Source: Fistulifera solaris (lineage: Eukaryota). Taken from it: a stretch of DNA of 64,000 nucleotides. Within the stretch, counting starts at the first letter, position 1. Each line of letters begins with the position of its first letter. Below the pieces are notes generated by a model, which ran no database searches, had not been told where the DNA came from, and was given only the letters and a program-made list of their open reading frames with translations. The stretch is taken from contig AP026126.1 in assembly GCA_030295235.1 (NCBI GenBank), positions 62,001-126,000 of the forward strand, in the 5' to 3' direction. Below are positions 11,961 to 25,508 of the stretch, piece after piece. Both the position numbers and the translations under genes were made by a program.

Positions 11961-14901
11961 CTATTCGCTTCGCACTTCGACGCCGTATATTTGTCCTTTC
12001 TCCTTATACAGTACAGAGACCACTTGATCAGCGAGGAAAACAAATCCTTCGCGCTCAATGACATACTTTTTCCGCCGCTTGGCCGCTTTCAAGAGCTCCA
12101 GACCGAAGGCCTCCGCTTCCAAGCGACCACTGAGACTCAAATGGGCATGATTCGATTCAAACTTGCCCGTTCCGAGCTTTCGCACCGTCGGTTTGTTGCG
12201 CGCCATTTTTGTGATGCTGGCATCACCGACTTTGATCGTCGATGTGGTCGTGCACACGCAACTAGGATCCATATCTTCTACACCATAGTTATCCGCGGCA
12301 TCATAGTTGACGGTGTATCCCATGTCTTCCAAGGAAGCCACGGTCATTCTTGACAGCACAACTTTACCCCCTTCGTAGCCCGTCATGGATTCTTTTTTTG
12401 AAACATGTCTTATCCGTGAAGCCACAGCCTTCGAGTGGAATGGGCTTGTCGCACCCAGTCAGCTTCTGGTACTCGGCAGTGGCTTTCGAGGATGCAGTAT
12501 ACGAGCACGACGAGAAGGGAGTCTCCTTGACTAATCCATTTTTCTTCCACAGGGCACCGATTCCATACTGAAAGGCAAACAACAAATTAGATATCATTAG
12601 CTTGCACCAAGCAAAACACACAGCCAAAACACTTACAATTCGACCCATTTCGTGCGTCTGCGTTGGATAAAGAAAGCGACGTTTCGGATGAGATAGGGAT
12701 GTTGTCAAAAGTCAGAGTGGGCGTTTCGGTATTCTTATACTTACAATAACAGACTCGAGCATTGACGAGTCAGCCAAATCATCAATATCGGCACTATCAA
12801 GAGTCATGCTTCCAATCACAGGAATAATTTTACTACCGACCCTTGCCCCATACTCTGCTTGTGAATAGCCCAACACTCCGCTGATAGCATCGATATCGCC
12901 CACCGTTGCGCAGATAAAAATGTCGTCGATCGTGTCAGGCAAACTTTTGCATGTCACACCATCTCGTGTATCGTCGGTAACGGAAAGACCAGGCATATCT
13001 CCAACAATAATGGATCCCCATCGATCGGCAGCCACCACAAATGCATCTTGATACGTCTCATCTACATTGGATAAATCAAGGGTTGTCTCAAAACCGGCTT
13101 CCCTCAAATTACCATCATCGGCAGAAGGTTCACTTGATGGAACCTGGCTTGGAAATACGGTAGGAATGATGGATGGAAATTCCGAAGGCGCAATACTTGG
13201 GCTGAATGTTGCAGTGGGTACAGCAGTAGGAACTACGGTGGTGGTGGGTTCGGCAGAAACACTAGGACTCTGAGTGTCAGCTGATGGTGCCGCACTTATA
13301 CTTAAGCTCGGACTTTCGGTCGCGGCACTTGGACTCTGCGTATCAGTGCTTGGACTCGGTGTTGAGCTCGGGCTTTGGGTGTCAGCGCTAGGACTCTGTG
13401 TACCGATACTAGGAGCTGCAGTGGGAGCGGAAGTCGTTGTTTCAGCCTCGGTAGGGGCGGGACTGGAAGTTTCGATTATCTGAGATGAGGGGGGCGCTGA
13501 CACCAACGTAGACGGTGCAAAAGTCCGCGCGACGGATGGAAGCGTAGACGGAGAGATTACCGAAGGACTTGCTGACACACTGGGAGACGTCGTTGGGCTC
13601 AGTGATATTGACGGACCTGGTGTTTCAGTTGAAATTGCGGTTGGGCTTAGTGAAGGCGCCGGTGAAGCACTCTTCTTCGAAGACTTTTTGCTTGATTTGC
13701 TTGATTTACTCGACTGGCTCTTTTGACCTTTTCCACTTTTCTTGCCCTTGCCTGACTTGTCGCTTTTTTCGCCTTTGCCCTCGCTATTTGAATCGCCCTT
13801 ACCCTTTCCACTTTTTTCGCCTTTGCCTTTGCCGCTACTTTCACCTTTGCCGCTTTTCTTACTTTTAAACTCAGTTGTCGGATATGCTGTGCCTGTTGGC
13901 ATAGCTGAGCTAGTGGGCAGAAGGGTGGGCAAGAGAGTGGGGAAATCGGAGGGGTAGAGTCATCATCGTCATTTGAATCGCCCTTGCCCTTTCCGCTCTT
14001 CTTGCCTTTGGCCTTTGCGCTATTTTCACCTTTGCCACTTTTCTTACTTTTCAATTCAATCGACGTCGGGTATGCTGTGCCTGTTGGGATAGCTGAGCTA
14101 GTCGGCAAATAAGTGGGGTAGTCTGAGGGAGTGTCATCGCTGTCCCTTGAGTCGCCTTTGCCCTTGCCACTCTTCTTGCCTTTAGTCTTGGCACTATTTT
14201 CACTTTTGCCTTTGCCGCTTTTTCTTACTCTTCAATTCAATCGTCGTTGGGTATGCTGTGCCTGTTGGGATACCTGAGCTAGTCGGCAAATAAGTGGGGT
14301 AGTCTGAGGGAGTTTCATCGCTGTCACTTGAATCGCCCTTGCCCTTGCCACTCTTCTTGCCTTTTGCTTTTGCACTCGTTTCTCCTTTGCCGCTTTTCTT
14401 ACTCTTCAATTCAATCGTCGTCGGGTATGCTGTGCCTGTTGGGATACCTGAGCTAGTCGGCAAATAAGTGGGGTAGTCTGAGGGAGTTTCATCGCTGTCA
14501 CTTGAATCGCCCTTGCCCTTGCCACTCTTCTTGCCTTTTGCTTTTGCACTCGTTTCTCCTTTGCCGCTTTTCTTACTCTTCAATTCAATCGTCGTCGGGT
14601 ATGCGGTTGATGTTGGCATCGCTGATCCAGTCGGCAGATAAGTGGGTTCAAATGAATTCGTTGGCGAGGGAGTATCGTCGTCGTCGTGTGCTTCAGCGGC
14701 AGCAAGCTCTATGGCCGCTTTCACTTTCTCCGCAACTGTCTGCTGTAGATGGCGTTGTTGAATGAGCTGCTCGTGCGACGGCCTTGTCACCGACGATCGA
14801 CTCGTGCCTTCGATTCCAACATCTTGACTTAAGTCATATCCCCATGCAGCAGTGAAGGCAATCGTCGTCAGCACTAATATATTTTCGATTGAGCGAACCA
14901 T
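11961..14901 (-). CDS. Leishmanolysin-like (M8) protease paralog A, predicted catalytically inactive, with 58-aa tandem repeats and mucin stalk
   Basis: Signal peptide, K/S/G repeats, P/S/T stalk, AADRW..IIVGD and DDIFIC motifs. Introns 12744-12658 and 12636-12568 flank micro-exon THEMGRI. ESMTG Met-turn and conserved C-terminal VLY.E.G module present; several single-base frameshifts. Confidence 0.8.
13800..14650 (-). repeat. Coding tandem repeat, about 5 copies of a 174-bp (58-aa) unit
   Basis: CAATTCAATCG recurs at 14581, 14407, 14233 and 14052, with a degenerate copy near 13867; unit PTYLPTSSGIPTGTAYPTTIELKSKKSGKGETSAKAKGKKSGKGKGDSSDSDETPSDY. Confidence 0.9.
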
Positions 14902-15538
14902 GGTGGTTCTGACTTTAGCTGATTTAACCGTTTCGCGATATCAACCGGCAATGTAAAAGAACTCGTGAGTTTCAGATGTCTGAAGACAAGATGTTTTGAT
15001 TCAACGGCACGCTTTGAATCGTTTCTGTGTTATGGCCGGCTCTCCGATGGTCGTCTACAAGATCGATCAATTTGTGAAGGCGATTTTTTCATTTCAACGC
15101 ATCCGCGAAATTTTTTTTAGTACTACTACTTGACGGTATAGTCATTTCAACACTGCTGTTTTGATTTTTAAATGATGTTCCCGCATCTGACCACTGTGTA
15201 CCGGTAAGATTCGGAAACCACTAATGAATGTGGGGGTGGGATGCACATGCTAAGAGGTCTGAGGAGGAAAAATACCACCACTGCTCGTGCCACATAGCTA
15301 CTCATTCCAACTAACTAGCATCAAACAAAAGCTGAGAGGCTTTAAATTTATTGGGAATCTCTTCATGGCTTAAAGGAGTTTTCGAATTTCTTATGAATAA
15401 CAAGAGCAAGTTCCCTTACTTCACAAACGACGCTCTTCAATTATACAACGAACTATTTCGCAAGTGCGACCTCGGTCTGCGCTTATGATCCTATAACGAC
15501 AATGGAGTACGCTTTCGTTAGCGCGTATGGTCATGCCG

Positions 15539-17701
15539 TTATCTTGTCACCATGACTGTGTATTTGTAGCCATTTTCCATGTAAAGTACAATAATGATTT
15601 GATCACCAATATATTGATCAGCTTGCTCATCCTTGAGGTAGGCGTTCTTCCACTCGTGGTTTGCGTCCAAGATAGCCATTCCGTGGGCCCTAGCAATCCG
15701 CTGGCCTTCTTGGCTGAGCGGAGGTCTGAGACTAGAAGTACTGGTTGTGCTGGTGTGCGATATTGGAAGTTTACCCACGTTATGGTAGGTAAACACTTCA
15801 GGTATGTCACTCTCTGTAGTGCCTTGCAGTTCTCTCCGGTTACAAACACAGTCTGGGCTCATCTTGGACGTATCGAACGGATCCGCTCTCGAGTAGTCCA
15901 CAGTGTACCCAAGGTCGTCTAAGGCGGCGACAGTTAAAATGGATAATTCTAAGCCGTCTGTGCTAAATCCTGTCATGAGTTCACCCAAAAGCAATCTTCG
16001 TCCCAGTGCCCACACTGCGTTCCCGCGCCAAAATTATCTTCCACTGGTATAGAAGCATCGCATCCACTGAGCAATCGATATTGTTCGCTGGCTCGGGAGT
16101 CATAACTGTATGGACATGGAGAAGTTTGCGAAGCAAGATTGTTAACCGCCCACAAAGTGCCGAATCCATACTGAAAACAAAAGGAACTAGGTAAGAGATT
16201 ACCACGTTCATTGATTTGTAACGTTCGTGCTGCTGAAAACTTACCACATGCGCCATTTCGTGTAACTGCAAATCGGTTAGTAAAGGAATCATTGTGTTAG
16301 TGCGGCAGAAATCCATTGTATGACAAAACATTTGTCAACGTACAATCAGGCCTTCTAAAGTGCCAGCTTCAAGTTGTAAGTCCATGTCAGCCTCATCGAA
16401 ATTCATTCCGCCAACCGTAACTGTGATCGTATCGCCGAAGCGAGCAAGTTGAGGGCCTTCAAAAATGAAACAGAGTGTGAGTAGGGTCCATTCGAAGCCA
16501 AAGCAAGTCAAAACGTTTGACAAACCTGCTGTACCAAGCACTCCGAAAGGTCCATCAATAGGTATGATGGAGGCACAAATGAAGATATCGTCAATGACAT
16601 CAGGTAATGTCGAAGGATCGCAATTCAAACCGGGACTGTTCAATACGTCACTATCGACAACCAGGTCTGGCATATCCCCGACTATCACCGTGTCCCAGAT
16701 CCTCGCGGCGTCAATAAATGATGATTGAAATCGATCGGGGACTTGTTCAAGACCGAGTGTTGTATCGAATTCTGAAATTGGTACAGGTGTTGGTTCTGGG
16801 CTCGTGTTGTCCACAGAAGGAGGATCCGTGAGTGCTACTGAAGGTTCGGATGTTCCAGGTGGCGAAGGAGCGACGGTAGAAGTAGGTTCTAGGCTTGGCG
16901 CTGCCGTAATGGTTGGGAAGGAAGTTATCGTTGGTGCGGGACTGGTAGTGACTTCTTGAGAGGGAGCCCCGGTCACTGCTTGCGACGGTGCCGTTGTGTC
17001 TGTGGATGTCGGAGAAGTAGTTGCCGATGGTTCGGGCGTTGTAGGACTTGCTGTCGGACTTTCCGTGTCAATCGATGTGGGAGTAGCCGTGGAAGTTGGT
17101 TCGGCCGTCGTAGGACTTGCTGTTGGACTGGCGGTTGTTGGAGCTGTTGTCGTATCGGCTTGTGGAGTCGCAGTCGGTTCAGAAATAGCGGAGGGCGAAA
17201 CAGTTGGTGAAACGACTGGCGTCGGTACAGGAACTGGGGCTGGGACAACAACCGGACTCGGCACAGGAACATTGGGTGCTGCGACGGGCATTTCCGTCGA
17301 TATCGACACGATAGGACTAGGAGAATGCACAGTAGGAGCCGCAGTGGGTTCATCCACGGATTTTTTCGAGCTCTTTTACCGCTACCTTTACCCGATGATG
17401 GCATAGTGGGTGATGGTGATGCAGAGGCCGATCCTTTGCCTTTGGACGTTTTCTGACTTGTCGTTTTGGAAGTTGTTGGCGAACCTTTTCCGCCCTTGCC
17501 CGAACTTTCCGTTCCTTTCCCTCTTGTTGTTTTCTTACTTGTGGAGTCTGTTTTGGTCGATCCCTTCAAGTACATCAAGTCATTGACAACCTGAACGTTG
17601 AGGTTGCGATCAACACGAAGTGATTCTCGCACATGCCGGGCTTGTGCCGCGGAAAAGCTCGACACGGTCAAGAGAACTGATAACAATCGTTCGGCCTTCA
17701 T
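15539..17701 (-). CDS. Leishmanolysin-like (M8) zinc metalloprotease paralog B
   Basis: Signal peptide MKAERLL..., RNL, K/S/G segment, PT stalk; introns 16525-16457, 16343-16266, 16244-16171; micro-exon LHEMAHV; CGHWDE third His; ELMTG. Confidence 0.88.
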
Positions 17702-18150
17702 GTTTGCTATCTGGATCACAAGAACAAGATAGCTGTTCCAGAAGAAGGCGTGTGTTTTTGAATTTTACTTTGACTTGGGAATGTTGTGACGAGGTTTTTG
17801 TTTTGCGCCAAAAGTGATCCGTTACGGCCAAAAATTCGCCACAACGAAAACCGGTACTCGAAACTCGGCTAAATAGTACACAACCACTCGCGCTTACTCG
17901 CGCGCAATTCATCAACACGTGACCCAACAATGATAAGTGACACGTGACTGCAATGTTACGAAAGGTGTAAAATAGGGAATGCGCCCTAAAGGCTAGAGAG
18001 ACAGAATCATTTCTCAGTAAATCATTCGTAATGACTACGTTTTAGCTGCATTTTATGTTTGTCATTTGAGAAGTTGATCTCCAAGCAGCTACGATTGATT
18101 AGCAAAAACGAAAAAAACTATGAATTTATAGGTGATATCACGGCGTCAAA

Positions 18151-20289
18151 CTACCTCTTCACCATCACAGAGTATTTGTACCCATTTTCCATGTAAAGGA
18201 CAACAATGATCTGATCACCGACATAATGTTCCGCCAAATCGTCTCTCAGATACGCTTTTTTCCACTCATGGTTGGCATTTAAAATGGATAAGCCGTGCGC
18301 TCGTGCGATTCGATTTCCCTCTTCGCTGAGTGGCGGTTTGTGCGATCGTAGATGCGCGTCAGATGCCCATTGCGGAACGTTGCCAACATTTTGGTAAGAG
18401 AAAATGCCAGGGTCATGGCTACCTCTCAACTGTCTCCGATTGTTGCAGACGCAACTCGGACTCATCTGGGACGTATCAAAGGCAGTCGCTTTCGAGTAAT
18501 CGACTGTGTAGCCCAGGTCTTCTAAAGAAGCTATCGATAAAGTGGACAACTCCAAGCCATCGGAACTAGAACCTGTCATGAGTTCACCCAAGAAACAATT
18601 TTCATCCCAGTGCAAACATGCCGTTCCTGCACCAAATTCGTCTTCGACCGGGATGGGCGCGTCGCAGCCGCTGAGTTTTCGATATTCGTCGCTGGCACGA
18701 GAATCCGATTTGTATGGACATGGAGCTGTTCCCGCGGCAAGACCATTTAAATCCCACAATGTACCGAATCCATACTGGATATAAAGGAAAATTTGAGTGA
18801 GAAAACATTGTACGTCAAGGAATGAATTGGACAAGCTATTTGCAACTTACGACATGGGCCATTTCGTGCAGCTGACGATTTGTTGAAGCAGGTACAGAGT
18901 GTCAGAATCTTGGTTGAGAGCATTGCAATATGATAGCACTTCAAGGAACTTACAATCAAGCCTTGCAAAGTACCTTCTTCCCGCTGAAGATCCATATCAG
19001 CTTCATCGAAATTCATAAAGCCAATTGTAGAAGTAATCGTATCTTCAAAGCGGAAAAAAGTTGGCCCGGCTGTCCCCAGGATAGAGTTAGGCCCGTCTAT
19101 CGGCTGCACTGAAGCGCAAATGAAGATGTCGTCAATAACGTCTGGTAATGTCGTTGTATCGCAATTCATATTTGGGCTATTCATTACGGAAGCGTCAACC
19201 ACAAAGTCCGACATATCTCCAACGATGACGCTGTCCCATATTGCTGCGGAATTAACGAATGCTGATTTGAAGCGATCAGCTACTTTGTCTAGATTCAGAG
19301 TCGTCTCAAACGCTCCGGCGATGATTGGAGGAGGCACCACAGGGCGTGAAACGGGAGGAGCTACAGGACGAGGCACAGGCCACGGTACAGGAGGAGCTAC
19401 TGGTCGTGGAACAGGTCGCGGCACAGGGGGTGGCTTGGGGGACCGTGTTGGTGTTTCGATCGGGGAGAGAGTCGGAGGCACAGTTTCGGGTTGCGGAGCA
19501 GCCGTGGGAGATGCAGTTTGTTTTGCAGGAAAAGTCGGCATGCTCGTAGGCGAAGGCAGAGGACTGGGTGTTGTAACAGAAGAAGCCAGCGGGCTTGCTG
19601 TAATAACCGAAGATGCCAATGGGCTTGATGTAGATACTGGCGATGCCACTGGACTTGGCGTAGAAGATACACAATCCGTCTCAGGATAGTCTTTGCTCAT
19701 CTTTTTTGTTTTGCCCAAGTAATGATGGTCTTTGGAGGGTTGTTGCGTCGGCAATACTACAGGAGACGAGGATTTGCCTTTACCTTTTCCTTTTGAATGC
19801 GACTTGGACTTCTTTTTTGGTGAAGAAGTGGGCGATGTTGTCGGTTCGTCTACTTCCTCGAAACTCGGACAGTCTTTGGACTTTTTGGTCGTTGTTTTCT
19901 TCTTTTTATCCTTGTCCAATTCTTCTCGGCCTTCCAGTTTTTTTTGACTTCGAGCTTTTTTGTTTCGGTACCTTTCTGTTTTTACCCTTGCCCAATTCAT
20001 GACGATCATCAAGCTTCTTCGATTGCGACGTTGATTTTGGTGGGGATGATACAGGTTGAGTTGCGACCGGTGTCTGTGTTGGCACTCCAGTTGGCTGTGA
20101 GCTCGAGTCTTCATCTGACTTGAGTTCTTTATCGACCGAATGCGATTTGGATTTTTTCAGCCGCCTTCGGCGAACGGAATCGTTTTCTCCGCGTTGCACA
20201 GCATAGCCACTTCGTCTTGTGGCCCTGGCAGAAACCGACGACAAAGTCGTGAGGGCAGAAAGGATCAGTAGAGCGTTACCAGGTTTCAT
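18151..20289 (-). CDS. Leishmanolysin-like (M8) zinc metalloprotease paralog C
   Basis: Signal peptide MKPGNALL..., RRL, Lys-rich and PV/PR-rich stalk; LGTAGP; micro-exon LHEMAHV (18851-18871); CLHWDE; ELMTG. Confidence 0.88.
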
Positions 20290-20698
20290 CTTGGCGACGC
20301 TCCTGTTCGCATTGGCAATCGTTGCATGTGACGTTCGGTGCTCTTCTTGGTCAAAGATGAATAAGCCCGTGCTTTCAAAATGTGAAGGAAGGCGTTCCGT
20401 CACAAATATTCAAACCGCGCAACGGCATCCGATTTTGAACTGTACCGCATAATGTGTTACTTTTATAGCGGTGAGACACTTACAATTCTTGTTTGCTCGA
20501 GAGGCTGCATAAGGATATAGTACTATAAATTGTACAATAATAATATGTTTCCAGAAAAAAAGTTTTCAAGTCAAGTCCCGACTGAAAGAACATTTGATAG
20601 AAACGCCATTTCCAATTTAAACGATTGCAATGGAACAATGTTCATGAAAACAAATATCACTATTCTACGTATGCATTTTTAAACCTTTCACGCACGCT

Positions 20699-23134
20699 TT
20701 AGGTATCAGACCGAACAACGACGGACTTTACCCCATCATCCCAATACAACACAACAATTACCTTGTCACCTAAGTATACAGAGTTGCCGCCCAAAGCAGC
20801 TGCTCGAAACGATCGCAACTGGGAACGTCCATAATCGATCGCATTCAATCTTGCCGCCGTGGTGGTTTCTGTCTGTAATTGTCGTCGCTCGTTGAAGAAA
20901 ACACCCGCGTTCAAGTTGCGATTCACATTACAATTGCAACTGGGCGCCAACAGAGAAGACGGGTAAGGCGTAGCTTGACTGTAATCTACTGTGTAACCTA
21001 GATCCTCCAAACCCGCTACGGTGATGCGTGAGAGTTCTTGGCTACCTGTGTTGACACCCGTCATGAGTTCGGATTGAAAGCAATCTTCATCCCAATGCAA
21101 GCATTTCGTTCCTTCAGCTCCGTCAGTCTCAATGGGAACAGCTCCATCACAACCACTCAAGGCCCGATACTCTTCACTGGCCTTGGAATCATAGCGATAC
21201 GCACAAATGTCGGTGTTTTCCACCAAAGAGTTGGGTCCCCAAAGCGTACCAATACCGTACTGCAGAATGAATCAGATGTAATTACCGCCAAAGTGAGACA
21301 AACATGTTGCCACAGGAAATACATGAACTTGGAATTGAGGTTACTCACCACATGAGCCATCTCATGAAGCTGAACGAAGAGGGAGAACGATCAGTGAGTT
21401 AGGGTTACGGTTGTCAGACGTTTTATCCGCGCGTCAGTGTGCACCACAACTAGAGTTAGGGATTAAGACAGAAAATCTAGGGTCGAACTTACAATTGTTC
21501 CAGCAAGTTGACCATTTCCATTTAAAATATCAATGTCTGCCAAATCAAACTGCATATATCCCACAGACGTCTGCAAAATTTCTCCACTTCGAGCTGCGAA
21601 AAAACGAATAAGCATGAGTTTGGAGCTAAAAAAGGAGGAAAAATCGATCAAAAATTTTGCCGTTCAATACAACAAAACAAAGCCATCTCTTCATTTAAAA
21701 CAAACCTAAAAGTGGGCCTGCTGAACCGAGAATACCGACTTCCCCGTCGATACTGGGGAGGCTTGAACAAATGAACACATCATCGATAACATCAGGAATA
21801 GTGGATGTATCACAACGTGACCCTGCCGTAGCGCGGTCGGCATCGGTCATGACAAAGTCCTGTAGGTCACCCACAATGACTGTATCCCACCGCGAGGCGG
21901 CGTCGATAAACACTTGGCGATACGCTTCGGGCACTTGATCAAGATTGAGTTCGGTGGTAAAGCCTCCTTCGACACGAGCGAGAGTCGGAGCGCTTGTCGT
22001 AGTGGGACGCAAACTAGGGGGAACACTTGTCGTACTGTTGCTCGTGGGGAAAACGGAAGGAGATTCCGAAGTTGTCGGCGGCAAAGATCGGGAGGGCTGC
22101 ACTGATCCAAAAGGCTGAGCAGTTGACGAAGGTGCTCTCGATGCGGACGGCAGCGCGGTAATGGAAGGAGCTACCGACACGGAAGGTTTACTCGAAGCAA
22201 TAATGTTTGAACTCGGCACCAGAGAAGGCGCCAAGGATGACGAAGGCGAAATACTTGTCGGTACTTGCGAAAGCGTCGGATCCTCGCTTCCGGTTCCTGC
22301 TGACGTTGGTAATTGGCTCAAAGTCGGAGAAAAGCTCGAAGTCGGTGCACCGCTCAAAGCATTAGGCGCGAGTGACGGAGGAACTGAAGACGATGGGGGA
22401 ACTGTTTGAATCTGCGATGATGGAATCAAAGAAGGAGCGATTATGGTTCCAGTCGTAGGGAAAACAGTTGTTGTGGGTCCTTCAGTACCAGCAACCGGAG
22501 GAATTGTGGGCACACCACTCGGGGCCGGAGAAATCGTAGGAGCCGGCGAGACTGTAGGATTCACCGTGCGAGCAGCAAACACACTCAAAAATATTTCCGA
22601 ATAGGTTCCTTCGGGTTTGGGCACCCAACCTCCGGTATACGTTTCAAGGAAGTTTTTGGCTGTTTCTTTAACCTTCTCGGCCGTTACCGGCTGGGCTGTC
22701 TGTTTCTCCACGGGGGCGCGTGTCGGAGCCAGAGTCGTGTCTTCTACTTTCGACCCGACTTCTTCTTCTTCTTCTTTCTCTTCCTCTTTGCTTGCTGCGG
22801 GCTTTTCATTCGCAGGCTTTTCGTTTGCTGGTGACTCGCTCGTGCTCGGGTCACGTTCGCCCGTAAAGATGTTGGTGAAGAGATTAAAGTAGCTACGACC
22901 CGACTCAAATGACGAATCATCAATAACTTCTTCGGTTTTTGTTGTGTCATCCAAAAGCGATTGCAAGTTGAATACATTGAAAAGACGTCGATTGCGGATA
23001 GGTCCTTCCGAATCTCGTGCTGTTGGCACGCTCACATCGTTTCCTTCGCGATTTGTTGGCTTGTCAGCACGCAATAACTCTGCCGAGCTCGGTTGTAGCA
23101 AGAAAGGAAGTAAAAGACGTAGAAGAGGCTTCAT
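20699..23134 (-). CDS. Leishmanolysin-like (M8) zinc metalloprotease paralog D
   Basis: Signal peptide MKPLLRLL..., RRL, acidic segment and S/T/P stalk; intron 21705-21594; micro-exon LHEMAHV (21349-21369); CLHWDE; ELMTG. Confidence 0.88.
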
Positions 23135-23930
23135 GGTTATTAGGCTTGAATAGACTGCTTTCTTTCCATTCTTCTTTGCTACATCGTTGCATGGCGGAGG
23201 ATCCAGCGCAACACGTAAGAAAGATGAAACTGCGTTCAATACCGTTCAAGAAGAGAAGCTGACAAAACAGTCTGACTACCAGTTAACTGTATAGAAGCAA
23301 TGTGTACAGTGCGCAAGAAGCAGTGATAGTAAACACGTGACAAATTCGTAAGATCCAAGATACAAGGCCCTACGTCATATACTTTTCTGATATCAGGAAT
23401 GTGAGCTGTGATTTTTTTATTTAATGAAAAGAGATTTGTTTTCCGAATTCTTCATGTCACCGGCGCGTCAGCAGTGCTCTTCCCTACATTTTTCGTGCTA
23501 CTTTTCATTATGTCTTTTGGTCCCAATAATCTAAAAAATTCAATCGTGCATCTACAGTAGAGTCCAGAGTGTCCAGAGCAACGGTCATTTTCTTAGCCGT
23601 TCCAACTTCCAACAATACAAAGTATAATTACGACTACGATGAACGGAACCAAAAGTACACAGTACCAAGTAAACCTCATCCCTTGTGTGATGCTTGATGC
23701 GTAGCCTCCGTCCGGCGTCGCTTGAGGAGTCTTGCCTGGCAAATAAAATATGTGAAATGCAAAAGCATCATTGTGTTACCCCAACAAGGCGACATGACTC
23801 GAGAAACATCTAGCTTTTCTTATTGGCTGCTGAAAATTCACTTGGAATCGAATCATTTCCGCGGGCATTGAGTGGGGCAATATTGCAAGACTCTGCGAGA
23901 GTTGTCTGTAAACAAACATGGATGTACTTC

Positions 23931-24950
23931 TCAATGCGCACCATTCATAGATTCACAGAGCGTTTCTGTGTGATCTGACAATAGCAGAGCCAAAAACTGA
24001 AAGTTTATTGAACAGTTTCCTGTCAATACCGCTTCCAGTATAGCCGATCGCAACCATGTAGACTCCATGACCAAAATTGCCGATCCACTATAAACGTGGT
24101 TCAAAGCTTGTCGCTTCTGGATCCGTTTGTGTGCTTTTGATGTCAATGATTCACAACAAAAGTACGGTTGGGTGATAGCAAATGCTGCAGGCAGGCATAC
24201 GCAGGGTCTTTCTGACGCGGTTACTCGATCACCGTGAACAAACGAAGACTTCTGTGTTTTTTTTTCATAGCCTTCATGATAATCTTCCAGTGAGGGCCCC
24301 AATCCACAAACGATTCAAGTCGCTTAAATCCAAGCAAGTGAGTTTTGGATTGGCACGAATGACACCGATCAAGGCTCGGGCAACAGATGCAATACACTTG
24401 GTTTGATAGTCCACAGTTGATTGGTCATCCTCGATCCAGCAGGAAACAGACAAGCCCAATCGTTCAAATTGCTTGAATTTTGCTACTCGCTTCAAGAATG
24501 AGATGACCTCCATATCCAAATCCCAATAAATCTGGTCCTCGAAAATACCGTCCACTTTTTCTTTTGCCTTAAGATCTTTCGCCACTATTGGAGGGAACCG
24601 AAACGTTGGACCCAATGAGAATCCGTGTCTAACTCGTAGTCCAAAACACTAGTCTCGTTCAAGCTCTTGATCCAGGTTGGTAAGCTCGAGCTTTTCAAAA
24701 TGACATTGTAAAAGGGGTTCCATATTGGGGCGGCTGAAAAGTGAGATGTTCCTGCAAGACAGAGAAAAAAACGAACCAAAGAGGGGTCTTGTGTTTTCTC
24801 GAGCACATATACGAACGTGGCACCCTGATCGCGGAAGCCAAATATCATCGGGTGTAGAAAATTTTCACTGAGTTTCAGTTTCAAAGGAAAAGAGCGAGTC
24901 GCCAAGACGGTCTCCTGTTCTGGACTCCATTGATGCCATCAGCAACCAGT
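23931..24950 (-). pseudogene. Fragmented hypothetical gene with LRR-like segment, inserted in the protease array
   Basis: Three overlapping minus-strand ORF pieces (24905-24585, 24615-24274, 24302-23931) read as one protein (..IRANPKLTCLDLSD..; ..ALLLSDHTETLCE..); unrelated to the flanking proteases; several disruptions and no clear start. Confidence 0.45.
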
Positions 24951-25508
24951 AGGATAAATTATTCTTCCGGCAAGTGATGGTACTTCTTCAAGTCGCAGTT
25001 ATCAGATATAGACGTTCACAACAACTGAAGTGTGAAAATTGATCATACAGGAGAAAGGATAGCGCAGATAATGACACTCCAGTAACATTCTCTGCTGATA
25101 GCTCTGTCATGATTTTCGTTTAATGGCCAAATAGCCCCGCATAAATGCGTTTTTTTAAAAAAGAGACTTTCGAGGGGAAAAGGTCATTTCAAATTTTCGT
25201 TCTGGATGTTTTACATTACTTGGAAATTCGAAAACAATTTCCTTTTGACAACGCATCGCTTAGCAATAAAGGATTGCAACGCAATGCAACGCAAGATCTG
25301 GATACTCTTACATGAAACTCAAGCGTCTATCTTCATTGCGATCTCAATTTGTCGTGTACTTGTATTTGCTATGTAGTAATGTATTCAAAAGACAAAGTCG
25401 TAGACCAATTGACAATGAATAAAGAGGGGAAAGAAACAATGTGACTGACTTGGATGAAAAATCTCCATTATGCGGAGTAAGCAATAGCAACAAACAAAAA
25501 GACTTCAG

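Noticed and set aside
13800..14650. CRISPR-like array
   Set aside because: Whole 174-bp units repeat in frame inside a coding region; there are no unique spacers or cas genes, and the context is eukaryotic.
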